A DNA stretch of 64,000 bases from Pelomyxa schiedti (GCA_020536535.1 JAHLWZ010000807.1:1-64000), one strand, 5' to 3'. Counted from the stretch's first letter, positions 1 to 11,383 are shown. Made by a program: numbers and translations. Notes: generated by a model from the letters alone, not told the origin.

Positions 1-209
1 AGTCAGCAGCGCGGACTTAACGAATTTGGAAATCAACTTCACGGAAATCTCCATGATCATTCGACTCGATTTCAAGGCCTTTATAAGCTTGACGCTCCAA
101 GCTCAGAATCACATCGAAAAAACACACAAACACAAACAAATAAACAACAAACACAAGGCAAACAATAGAACCCTTTACTCCAATCAAATTCATCTCTTTC
201 TGTCTTCCG

Positions 210-2066
210 TTATTGAGTGAGTATCCCCACATTAGTTCAAGCACAACATACACAGAAGCATACAGCCAATGACCCAGTTGTGGCTTCTCCACAGAATTGG
301 TCAATACTGTTGAGCTGTGTGTTCTTTCTTGGTATGTGCAATTCAAAGGAGTATGCATTGGTTATTTGCTTCTCACTCAAGCAGTAGGAATTTGAGAATA
401 ACCTAATTCCTTTGTAATTTCCTGCTTGGTGAACTTATGCAAAGCTGGTCTTCTATCACTCTAACCCCAGAGTGACCCTTTCCAGAGGGTCTGTGGGGGT
501 TGGGGCACCTTTAAGGCAACCAGCTGTTACCAATCCCAGTCCAACTGAAGCCATTACTCCAGCACTACAAGAACAGCATCACTAGGACATACCTGGTGGG
601 GGTAGAGACTTGTGCAGACTGTCAATCACAAACAGGCCAATCCCTTGAATAAGCCCAGCATCTACACTGCCAATTAACCCCCAATTTACCAACAGTTTTT
701 CTCTACTCCCAACCTCCCCTTGGTCATGATGTAAGACAAACAATCATTGATTTCATGGCATGCATGAAATGAGGGGGCAATAGCACCTACACTCAAACTC
801 CAACAACTCAAAGACACACCATCAATGCAATCAATGCACAACACACTCCACATTACAATGCAAGCAATCTGAACCCCAGTGTTTTTCATGAATGGCAGAA
901 AGAGCTTTGATGGTGTGGCAATAGGGGTACTTAAATCCCTAAGCCCAACCACAAACCAGTTGGCAGATTTCTGGGATACCACTTGCACATACACACAAGT
1001 TAGTGCCTCAGCACTAGCACCACTAGTTTATCACACCAACAATTTGATGAATTTTGGACATAGATCATGATCCATCACACAAAGACATTGGAGATGTATG
1101 GTGCATAGAAGAACTTTAACAAGCTTGGCTGATTGAAAACTACCAATACTGTCACTTTCTGAAGATTTTGTGTGTTGCTTTCAACAAGTTCCATTAGAGG
1201 AATAGGTGAAACACAATCAGCCTTCATCCAAGTTCCCAACCATTGAAAAGAAAAGAGGAAAAAGGACATTCATCCCACAGAAGTCCCAAAGGCAAAGGAA
1301 TCAGACTCTGGACTTCAACCACACAATTGTTTTGAAGTCTCAGCCCAGACAACAATGTAACAGTACATTATGATAATACACAAGTTCACTGGAATGATAG
1401 ATAGTGGAGAGCACAGCACTGCTTGCTGACTATGATGTTAGGTTGACCCCTTGTCTTGTCATTCTCTTCCTCTCACATTTTCCACAAACTGAAGCTGAAA
1501 CCTTTCTGAAATTGTTCCTCAGGGACTTTGGATTTGGCTCCACTAACATGCTGACAGATAACCAGAATGATGGAGCCACAGCTGAATAACACAGCAATGT
1601 CAAGGTACCTTGTTCTTCTTCTTTAGGTGTGGATGGCATACTGTGTCGTATGTTTCCATTTTGTTTTAGGTCTCCCTCACTCCAGAATTCAAAAGTTGAG
1701 GGTCTTTAGAGCTTCATCTTTTGAGTGTGCCAGGGTCTTAACTTCATCTAAATGTTTTGTGGTTTGTTGAGCCTCTCAATTTTATGTTTTGAGTTAAAGA
1801 AAGAGGCTCCAAGAACTGCAAAAGATTTAGATGAAGTTGAGACCCTTGCACACTCAAAAGATGAAGCTCTTAGGTGATGGTGATGTCATATCTATTGTGG
1901 CCTAACAGATCTTCCTCATTCAAATCTCACTCACAGCTTCAAGATACCCCCATTGCCCAGTGCTGAAGTTCAATATTCTATACAAAGGCAGCACTGTTCA
2001 TATCTGCAACAAAAAATTACCAGCTGCCACCACTTCCTCAGTTAAACACTGTGCCACTGCCCCAAT
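210..2066. pseudogene. CpG-depleted decayed sequence (pseudogene or transposon relic); possible remnant of a Rho/Ras-type small GTPase gene on +
   Basis: I found only one CpG (1647-1648) in about 1.85 kb, and only short ORFs in any frame. Weak + strand remnants around 1100-1400 read NFNKLG*LKTTNTVTF and NCFEVSAQT, loosely like small-GTPase switch II and G5 (EVSA) regions. Confidence 0.3.
1708..1870. repeat. Long inverted repeat: 69-bp arms, 25-nt loop
   Basis: Left arm 1708-1776 (agagcttcatcttttgagtgtgcc...gagcctct) is the reverse complement of 1802-1870 at 61/69 positions. Confidence 0.9.
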
Positions 2067-2871
2067 CGAATTTTGAATTTTTTTTGCATGGAGAACGTGG
2101 AAGGAAAAAAAAAGAACCTGCTGTGTCCACGGAGGAGGTCCCTAGCGGGCTTTCCCCCGGGGGATGGTTGGCCCTACCCTAGAAAGAAAAAAAAACACGC
2201 TCCCACCGACCCCAGGTGAGCGAAGAAAAGAAAAAATTCACTCCCAAAAAAGAAGGAAAAAAAAAAAAGAGTGAAGCTGCTCATGGCTCATTAAAACAGT
2301 CTTAATTCAACAGAAGCGAAAAAAGTGGATAACCTGCCTAAAGACAGGCTAATACGTCGTTGTGTTTTTTTCCCCCCATCCGGGGCGGCAAAAAAAAGTG
2401 TGTGAGCGTCTACCAGCGCACGAGAGGAGGGGATCGGGGACGGGACCTTCACCCCCCAGTTTTTTTTCCCACCACCCCCGCGTGACCCGCGGCTGAAGCA
2501 CCCCCCAACGCCCCACCCCAAAAAAAAACTAAAATTTAATGCCGTTTGGTTGCCGGTGTGGTGCGTGTCATGGGTGGGTGACTGGTGGTGCGACAGACCG
2601 TCGCATTTTGGTGCCAGGTCAGAACGTTCTGTTGTTCGGTATCGGTTTTTTTTTTCCCGATGTTTTCTTTGTTTGTTTATAATTTTATTGTGTTTTGTCC
2701 ACCATTCTTTTGTTGTTGTTTCTCGGTTTTGCTTTTGTTTTTTTTTCCCGAACTGTTGAGGCAACACTTCAAGTTCTTTTTGTTTTGCTTTGTTTTTCGT
2801 GTTTGTTTTATTTCGTTTTCGTTTAGCTTAGTCTTCTTTCTGTTTTTGTTCTTGTTCTCACAACAACACAG

Positions 2872-3847
2872 GTCATTGAAGATTCCATGACGAGGAGAAG
2901 GGGCACAGCGGTATGTTTCCATTTCTCTTCTCCATTTTTCTTTTTCGACTTCTCACATTTGAAAACCAGGTGGTGTTGCCGATGTCAGCAGAATGTGTGT
3001 GTGTGCGGGTTGGCTCCATTCCACCGGTATTCCTCTTCTTGAGTCCCCCCCCAAATATATAACTCCCCTCTAGGTCCTTTTCTGCATTCACGCTGTATGC
3101 ACATGGGAGTGTTGGCATCGGGGCCCTCTGTGACTTTCAGCAGCTCAGCCAGCCACTGGTATGGTTTCTTATTTCTTCTTTTTCTCATTTCACCTTGTAC
3201 AGTTGGTGGTGGACTGGACTTGCCATGACAGCCTGGTCACCATGGTAAATCCCCCTCTCCTTTTCATCACCCCAAACTTAAACATAATAGGTATCCCCTA
3301 CTGACGCCACTCAGGGGAATTGCGTGTGCAGCTCTGCTCCGCTTTTCCTCATCAGGTTTTCGCCTTTTCATTGTTCCCCCCTCCCCCCAGTATTGCCTCA
3401 CCTCCAATCCCAGATTTTTTCTTTTCCCGCATTTGTGTGACTCCTCCTTTTTTTCTTTTTCGATTTCTGTGGCATCCAAGCAAGGCAGACTTGAACTGCA
3501 GGTATTTCTCTGTTTTTCTTTTTCGATTTCTCACACTTGAGACCAGGTGTAGCAAATGCCGGCTGATGAGATGAAAGCCTGTCATCACCAAGAAGGTAAA
3601 TCCCCCTCTCTCTTTGTATGATCACCCCCACTAAACCATGACAGGTAAATGCGAAGACTGTCCCTGCCCTTTTCTGCATTTCTGGGTCTTTGTGACCTCC
3701 TTCTGGTTGGTGGCTTCTTCTTCTTCTTCTTTTTTTTTGACTTTTTCTACAGGCTCAAGATATTATTTTGGTGTAGGCCTACCTGCCTCCTCAATCTATG
3801 ACCAAGGTACATTCCCTTTTTAACATCACCCCACTCAACAACAACAG
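2872..3847 (+). other. Degenerate tandem array of intron-like GT..AG segments separated by short non-coding exon-like pieces (possible spliced lncRNA or long UTR)
   Basis: Two families of similar GT..AG units: 2911-2969 and 3502-3546 (ending tctcaca.ttga.accag), and 3245-3290, 3596-3644 and 3807-3847 (gta.atccc...atcacccc.....aaca..ag). Splicing from ATG 2887 gives only about 46 aa. Confidence 0.4.
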
Positions 3848-3936
3848 GACCCTGGATGCCAGAAGGGCTGATGAACAGAGTGCAATGTCAGGCTTTACTG
3901 GCGCCTCCACCCACTTCACCTCGGCACTAACAGCCC

Positions 3937-4110
3937 TTGCTCTCGCTCTCACTCGCTCTCGCTCTCTCGCACTCTCTCTCTCGCACTCTCTCGCGCTCTC
4001 TCACACTCTCTCACGCTCTCTCACGCTCTCTCACTCTCTCACGCTCTCTCGCGCTCTCTCACTCTCTCACGCTCTCTCGCTCTCTCACGCTCTCGCTCTC
4101 GCTCTCTCAC
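3937..4110. repeat. CT-rich microsatellite (ctctcg/ctctca/ctcacg units)
   Basis: About 170 bp of ctctcgctctctcac-type units, seen directly. Confidence 0.95.
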
Positions 4111-5320
4111 TCCTACACACCCCACCACCCCACTGGGCTGCACTCCACGCTTCCATTCCTGGCCTGAAGTTGGTTTTCCACTTCAGGCAAAAGAAAAAAA
4201 AATATTTGCTTTCAGAAAGTACATGGGGCAGAGGGGCTGGAACAGGGACCACCTGGGGACCACTGTGTGTCCACATTGGGAGCTCCCACATCGAGCCCAT
4301 TGTGATTTTACCTCCACCTTCTCCACTTGGGTAGTGTTTTTTCACATTTTGAGACCACCCTTTGGGAACAGCTTGGAACCCACGAAATCACAGTGATATA
4401 GGTGCAGGATACACTCAAGTTAACCTGGTGCGGCAATGCCTCTCATGATACACCTGAATGAAAGTGACCTCCAAGAGATGTTTCCGAAAATGAGTGTTAG
4501 TGCCGTCTGCAAGTTATCCAGCCTCATTTCCCTCCTCCGGCATTCTGTGTTTGATAGTGGAGCTCCACAACGGCAAAAATTTAGAGTGTGAGGAGTGATG
4601 GGCGAAGGATTAAGGGAATGTTGGTGTGATGATTGGGCGCCAAGTTGGCCAACTAATTATGGCCATTCACGGGAACCAGCGAGTTCGAACCAGCGAGTTC
4701 AAGCTAACAGACCCCAGCCAACCAACCCACTTATAAACCCCTCTGTATTGTGTAAATAGTTAAGACAAAGTTGTTAGAGAAACAAACACAACACATGAGA
4801 ACAACAACACTGTTCAGCCCACAACGTCCCTCTCCCAGACCACCACTCTTACAAGAGTACCACTGCCACCCCGGTGTGCTTCCTCCCGATTCCTTTCTAT
4901 ATAGTTGTTACTGAGAGTAGAGGATATGATCATTCACATTGGTTCCATACCTAACGTTAAAATTTAGGCTCCCAGCACCTAAGACTCTATTTATTGGAAA
5001 CCTTCCGCCTAGTGGTATAGAAAGTGACTTGTTGGAACAGTTCCACGATAATGGCATTGAGGTATTTCTCATCCCCCACACCTAATTTTCCTCTCAGAGA
5101 GTTAAAGTAGCACGGGACTTAGACCAGAAGAGCATGGGGTATGCCTTTTTGGATTTTTCATCTGAGGTGCATATGCATCACTTTATGGAAACAGTGGCAG
5201 AGCCTACACTCAAAGACTGTAGGCTCCATCTGGAGCTATACGACTTCTAATTGTTCAGAGGTAACTTGTGTTTTTTGCTCCCTTTCTTTCATTGTTTCCT
5301 TTAAAAGCAAAAAACCTAAG

Positions 5321-5398
5321 TTGCAGAATAAAATACTCAACAGAACGCTGTCATTGTCGCTCAGGATCGGCGGTCTGGTGTTTTTTTTATTCCGCCAA
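5321..5398 (+). repeat. Dispersed repeat copy 1 (partial), immediately upstream of GTPase paralogue A
   Basis: aaata.tcaacag..aacgctgtcat..gtcgctcaggatcggcggtctggtgtttttttt.att.cgccaa is shared with 13802-13898. Confidence 0.9.
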
Positions 5399-5426
5399 GT
5401 AAAAGGCCAGAATATTTTCGACTAAT

Positions 5427-7958
5427 ATGTGGCGCTCAGCGAGCGTGAGAAGGGATGCGCCACCGAAAGCACACACGAAACCATTCTTCGTGCTGATGGG
5501 AGATGTGGGATCAGGGAAATCGACCCTTTGCGAGAAACTCACCGGCCGGACTGGTCTCAGCTCCGACTCCGCCGAATCATTCACAAAGGAGTCCAAGATT
5601 TTTCTTTCTGTCTCTCGAAAGCTGGTTAATAACCAAACATACACGACAAAAAAAAAAACCAAACGATAACGTCCCTAATTCCCGAAGCTTGGCCTCATTC
5701 CTTTTTTTTTATCCCCCAAGGTTGGTGCAGTTGAACGACGATACTGGATCGCCGACACACCAGGTCTCAATTCAATGAAAGGCCGTGTTGATCATGCACT
5801 GAATGTGCTTGGAGCGATGAGATTCAAGCCAGTGACGTGCCTGCTCATGGTTTGCTCCCTCAAGGACAGACTCGATGGTTTGGCAAAGGCACTTGATGAC
5901 CTTGTTACTCCATTCATCGAAGAGTTCGGGAACAATATTGCCGTGATTGTCACTAAGTCTGACTTGTGTCAAACTCTCGCAGTACATGAGATAACCGGTG
6001 TTGCACTGAATCTGGGCCTCTGTAACGTTATGGTCACGAGCAAAGGCACAACAAATGCGGAACTGCTAGCATTCTTACAAAAACTAGAAGGAATCACACC
6101 AATTGACGTAACCATTGCACCCGAGAACTTGGTGTCATACTTCAACTTGACGCCTCCTAACTTGAGAATGCGAGCCGTTTACAACAAGTACGTGGCGCAC
6201 TATAAGAATTTGGCCGAGTCAGGCACACAACAGATGAACACTTTGCAAGGAGATGACAAACGGGACTTCGCGTTTTCGTTCAAAGCAATGATGTATGATC
6301 TCATTCCGAAGTTTCAGGCCCAACTTTCTGAGGAGCTGGGAGACAGCGAAGCAAGCCTCCTTTTCTGTGGTGAAATAAAGAAAGAGTTCAAACGTAAGCT
6401 GCTCGAAATCCGCAACCACTGCAAAGAGGAACTGTACGTGAACCACAATTCTCAATTCAGACAGTGCCCTTACTGTGGAAATATTTGGGTCCTCGTTGAA
6501 GGTTCCAAAGGAAAAACTGTTTGTGGGAATAGACCCTTAACGGCAGAAACTTGGAGGCCTTTCAATGTTTTTGATTTCGATATCAAAAAGCTTTTAAAAC
6601 TAAATCTTACAGGACCCAACTGGGCAGCAAGTACAACCACAACTAGGAGTTGCCGGTTCACCGATGCACAGATAGAGAATTACCTGTCAGATCCCAAAAC
6701 TCCAGCAGAAACGGCGAGGGCTATGAGAGCGTTGCGCACCATCATCACAAAAACGAGCCAAGACTCTGTGAACCAACACATTTCTGCACTCGACCCAACA
6801 ACAAAAAGTGCATTGAGGAATCTGTGCCGGCAATATGCTTCTCGTCATTCTCAGTCCCGGCCTTCTCGCTTACTCAATCGCTTCTTTCCCCCAACAGAAG
6901 AGGACATGTTCGAGACCAACGAACTGAAACTATGCTTTGAATTCACAATTGCGCCGTTCTTTGAACGAACAACAGGAGGATCAAACCCAGAACTTACTAA
7001 GCCCTGTGGAAGAACCATTGCATGGAAGGACATGGCTCCTGTTCCACCGCCATCTGACTGGGCCTCGCAATCGGAAAACCGTATGACAACTGTTGATATC
7101 CAGGACTCACCAATTGACACCAGCCTTCATCGTCATCTCAAAAGCAAGATTACCGCAGAGGTAAATGTCGCCGTCGACCCGCGTGTCGCGGCCGCTTTTG
7201 GAGCACTTAAAACTATGAGAAGATGGAGCCAGAGCGACCAGTGCGTGATCAAAGTTCGCGACGTTATAAGTGGGCAGTTTTGCTTCCCAGTACCTGAAGG
7301 AGGACCAGAAATTCCACTGAGAATTTTGATTGAGACCAATCCAAAATTCAAGGACCCAAGAGTGGAACTTGTAGTGAAACATGCAAGGGGCTGGAGTGGT
7401 CTAGCTGACGACGAGATTCGAGTTATTTCAGGCTTCACTGCCAAATTTTTTCCCACACTAACGCCGGATATCATGGGTTATCTCCTGCAATCGCTCACCA
7501 AGTGCCCTGCAATGCCTGGCAAGGTCTACAGTGTAAGCAACCACCGAGACACAGAAAACCGAAATACCCAGTGCCTGAAGGGCAGGTACATCATTTGGCC
7601 AGACTTTACAGCTTGTAGCCGGAGCTTCCCGTCAATGCGGCTCTTCAACCTGAGCACCCCAACAACACTGTATGAAATTGACCAAGGCTCAGGGGTCGAC
7701 ATCGACCCAGTCTCTGTCCGGAAGTTCGAGGACCTTACAGTCTTAATTCCCAACACTGTGTTCCAGGTTGTCGACATCGCTTGGGGATGTGAAGCGAGCT
7801 ATGACACAGTGCACCTCAGGGAGGTTCCTAGGGGAGCAGATCTACTGGGCATGATGGAGTGCACAACTTGTGAAGCTGAAGTGGAGGGACCCTGTTCTGA
7901 AACTAGCCAATCTCCCGTGGCATACATGCCGACCAGTGCCATCAAAGGTAACCCATAG
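5427..7958 (+). CDS. Paralogue A: P-loop GTPase (TRAFAC, AIG1/MMR_HSR1-like) + helical region + Cys knuckle + degenerate ART-fold C-terminal domain
   Basis: Exon 1 has G1 GDVGSGKST. The acceptor at 5720 gives VGAVERRYWIADTPG (G3) in frame with ORF 5775-7958, which has G4 VTKSD and CPYC..VEGS..TVCGNRP. The C-terminus reads KCPAMPGKVYSV..WPDFTACS..TLYEIDQGSGVDI..VLIPNTVFQV..VHLREV. The donor at the position used by the paralogues reads AT (5598), so the intron start is uncertain (candidate GT at 5625). Confidence 0.8.
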
Positions 7959-8065
7959 CGTGACACACACCTCGCCAGTACATAGCTCGCTTCCCTTTCT
8001 TTGAATCCCCAAGTTGATCCAAATAATGAACGATTTAAATTAATTAAAATCGGGTTGAAAGGGCA

Positions 8066-11000
8066 ATGGCCTCTCCACAGCCGACAAGGGCTACTACTTC
8101 GACCCCGCAGGCACCGTTTTTCGTGCTAATGGGCGACGCGGGATCAGGAAAATCAACATTGTGCGAAAAACTCACCGGCAGGACCCTTCGCGGAGTCACA
8201 TCGGAGTCCAAGGTGCGTGTCTCGCCCCCTTCTATTCTTTTCCTTTGACATCTCTTCTCGAGGTTTACCCAATTGAGAGAGGATACTGGCTAGCAGACAC
8301 ACCAGGTCTCAATTCAACGAGACGCCGTCTTGATCATGCACTGAATGTGCTTGGAGCAATGAGATTCAAGCCAGTGACGTGCCTGCTCATGGTTTGCTCC
8401 ATCAAGGACAGACTCGATGGGCTGGAACAGGCCGTCAGTGACCTCGTCACTCCGTTCATTGAGGAGTTTGGGGACAACATTGCGGCCATTGTGACGAAGA
8501 ACGATATCTTACCTACGATCACGCCGAAGCAAATCCGCACAACACTCGTGGAGCTGGGAGTGGAGAGAGTGATGGTAACGAACAAAACCACAACAAAGGC
8601 GGAGCTGGTTGCTTTCCTGCAAACCCTTCAGGGAATCCCTCCAATTGATGTAACAATTGCACCCAATAACTTGGTGTCATACCTCAACTTGTCCCCTCTT
8701 AACCTGAGGATGCGAGCCGTTTACAACAAATACGTGGCGCACTATAAGAAGATGGCTGAAACGGGCACACAACGGATGAACTCATTGCAAGGAGATGACA
8801 AACTTGATTTCGCTTTTTCTTTCAAAGCATTCATATATGATCTCATTCCGAAGTTTCAGGCCCAACTTTCTGAGGAGCTGGGAGATAGCGAAGCAAGCCT
8901 CCTTTTCTGTGGTGAAATAAAGAAAGAGTTCAAACGACAACTGTTGGAAATCAGGGGTCTTTGCAAAGAGGAGCTGTATCTAAATAGTGATTCTCCATTC
9001 CGGAGGTGTCCTTATTGTAGCAAAGTATATATTGTCACGAAAGGCTGTGAAGAAAGCGCTGCTTGTCACAGCCGACGGTTGGCTCCTGGATGCAACTCAC
9101 CACCCACCACGCCCTGCGAAATAACTATTGCATGGAAGGATATGGTTCCTGTTCGACCTACATCTGGGTGTACCACCCAGTTGGAACACAAGAAAAGAGA
9201 GGTTGAAGTTGAGAATTATGCAAATAAAACAGCTCCAAAGAGGCAGGCTAGCCTCGAGACCGATATCAAGTTAGGCAGTGATTTACACACTTCTACGAAG
9301 AAACATACTTCTTTGATATCCAAAAAGGATGGCGAGCGTCATGTAACCTCAAAGATCAGTATTGCTGTAAGGAAAAACACATCATCAAGCTCAAGGAGGA
9401 GAAAACATGAAATTGCGGTTGAGGCGGCCAAACCAAAGATTGACATTGACACACACAACATGACGGGAATTGAAGTGAACGCCGGTGCACCTGTTGCTGG
9501 TGACAAGCCAAAGCTCGATGTCAGTGTGGTTGATGAAGCCACACGGAAATCAACCTCATCAAGTATGAAGCCACCGTTCAGCGGGGCAAAGAAATCAAGA
9601 TCATCCTCTTCCAGCTCTCGGAAGAAGAAAGCGGCAATCAAGGTGGATGCTGGTGTCAAGGTTGATGCTGGAATCAAGGTCAGCGGTGACAAACCAAAGG
9701 TCGAACCACCGAAGAAGAGTGGAGGGTTCTTTGGCTTCTTCGGCGGCCCCAAGCCAGAAGCACCCAAAGTCACTGTTGGTGCCAAAGGGAAGCAATCCAC
9801 TTCGTCAAGCTCTCGGAAGAGGAAAGCAGCACACAAGGTTGATGCTGGAATCAAGGTCGGTGGTGACAAGCCAGCAATTGGGGCCACTGTGACGGTCGAT
9901 GGTGGTGTGAAGGTTGATGCTGGCGCCACGGTGGAGGCTGGAATCAAGGTCAGTTATGGCAAGACAGCAATTGGTGACAGTTTGAATGTTGAGAGACTGA
10001 AAATAAAGCCCGCATCCCCCAGTTCTATCTTGAAATTTGATGAAGACAAAGTCGGAAAGTCTTCCAGTGACCCACACCTTAAGTCACTTGATATAGGAAC
10101 CCCAGTAACCCTTCCTCAAAAGACAGTTAGCGCACCAATATGTCACATCCGAACAGATGAGGTGGAAGGACTGTGCAACTGGATGGGGCTTCAACATTTT
10201 GATTACAATACACACTTCAAAGTAACAAGAGATGATAGGACCGAGGAGCTAAGCAGCAGTCTTCCAACTTTCGTTGCTGCGGAGATTTTCAGTATGTTCC
10301 CCTGTCCAACGTGGCTGAAACAAGTCGAATTCTCACCCATTTGAAGGAGCCAGAACCCTTTCTGAATTGGGCTACCAATGCAAAGCACTAGTAATTGGGC
10401 ACTATGGCCCTGACAGACGTTTCAGTGCTACAACTGCCATTTCTGACGTTTGCCTACTTCCCTTTTCGATATTTTTCCTTATTTTTAATTTTATTCATTT
10501 GCAATAGTTTCTGCGGCGCACGTGTAACTTCACAGTTGTGGAGGAACCAAGCTCAGTCACGTGGAAAGGCACCTTGGATCGATTCCTGGCTTTACCTGTC
10601 GATAATCTGGAGTCTGCAAAGGTATGTCCTGCAAAACTCTACATTTGTCTCACAAATGGCCAAGGTGGCAAGCATTTTTTATTTTACAGGAACTGTGAAA
10701 CAAGTTGGCAACCAACAGAACTTGTTGTTGGCTGATGACAGTGCATTTTCTCCCACAGACTACATGATGCCACTTAGCAATATTGTGTCCCGTATAGCCA
10801 TGGAATCTCATTTGATCATTGCCATAGTGGATGCAGTCCAATCGGAACACGTTTGGGGGCAGTGGGTGTGGAATGTTTACTTCCAACAGCCACTCATCTT
10901 GATAGGTACCTCAAGGAGCATTTTCTTACCTCAGAGGAGCTGAACAGTTAGCACGAGAACATCTCCCAACAGGGTATTACCTGGTGTTATCGATGAATCA

Positions 11001-11276
11001 AGGTTGGTTTTGTTCGGTGACTGTCATACTCAACAAACAGCAGGTTATGAGGTGTCTGAGAGCAAAAGAAAGTTCACCAGTTGTTTCAGAGATGGTACTT
11101 CTTTTTTTGTTATACTGTAAGATTTATTTATGAACACAGAGCTTTTGAGTGCAACGACAGGGACACCTTTTGATGACATTGTGGATCGCGCTGTGACTCA
11201 GGTTCAGTTAGGCACAAATGGATGCCTGTGTCCTTGTGTCAATGACACTGTAGGCACCACTTTCGCCCTTTTCTGA
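8066..11276 (+). CDS. Paralogue B: P-loop GTPase + Cys knuckle + K/S/G-rich repeat linker + catalytically dead caspase-like (Peptidase C14) domain
   Basis: G1 GDAGSGKST, intron 8213-8262, then DTPG and VTKND. GT-AG introns 10292-10346, 10448-10507, 10622-10664, 10866-10905, 11003-11040 and 11095-11139 keep one open frame to TGA 11274-11276. The spliced tail reads KALVIGHY..FLRRTCNFTV..SIFYFTGTVKQVGNQQNLLLAD..IAIVDAVQS..PTGYYLVLSMNQAGYEV..KFTSCFRDEL..FDDIVDRAVTQVQLGTNGCLCP..TFALF. Confidence 0.8.
9370..9975 (+). repeat. Coding repeats KVDAG(I/V)KV(S/G)GDKP alternating with SSSSRK blocks inside paralogue B
   Basis: caaggttgatgctggaatcaaggtc at about 9657 and 9833, with a variant at about 9910-9950. 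tcaagctc..ggaaga-type blocks at about 9385, 9612 and 9805. Confidence 0.85.
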
Positions 11277-11383
11277 CTTGAAAAAACAAGTTCCTCGATA
11301 ACAAAGCAACTTGGAGAACGCAACTGAATGCCTTCGAGTTCACTCTTCCTGTAAACAAAAAAAGCCCCAACCAACAACCAAAA

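Noticed and set aside
2291-2922. Several 70-160 aa ORFs rich in F or K
   Set aside because: Artefacts of T-rich and A-rich low-complexity DNA.
3563-3580. CTGATGA..GAAA, resembling a hammerhead ribozyme core
   Set aside because: Only 3 nt lie between the boxes (no stem II) and there are no convincing stems I or III.
3798-4334. 178-aa ORF with LSHSL repeats
   Set aside because: Translation of the CT microsatellite.
4630-4705. B-box-like GAGTTCGAAC within a 14-bp tandem duplication (4673-4700); possible tRNA or SINE
   Set aside because: No cloverleaf or acceptor stem can be built and the A-box is poor.
4700-4960. LTR-like look (TATA-like ttataaa, CA-rich tract)
   Set aside because: No second copy, primer-binding site or retroelement ORF in the window.
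9339-9947. 202-aa minus-strand ORF; similarly 44626-45198 (+) and 18838-19507 (-)
   Set aside because: Antisense shadows of repetitive or GC-rich coding sequence.
10395-10943. Stand-alone 182-aa ORF between paralogues B and C
   Set aside because: It has a TTG start and runs through introns; only 10665-10865 is coding, as an exon of gene B.
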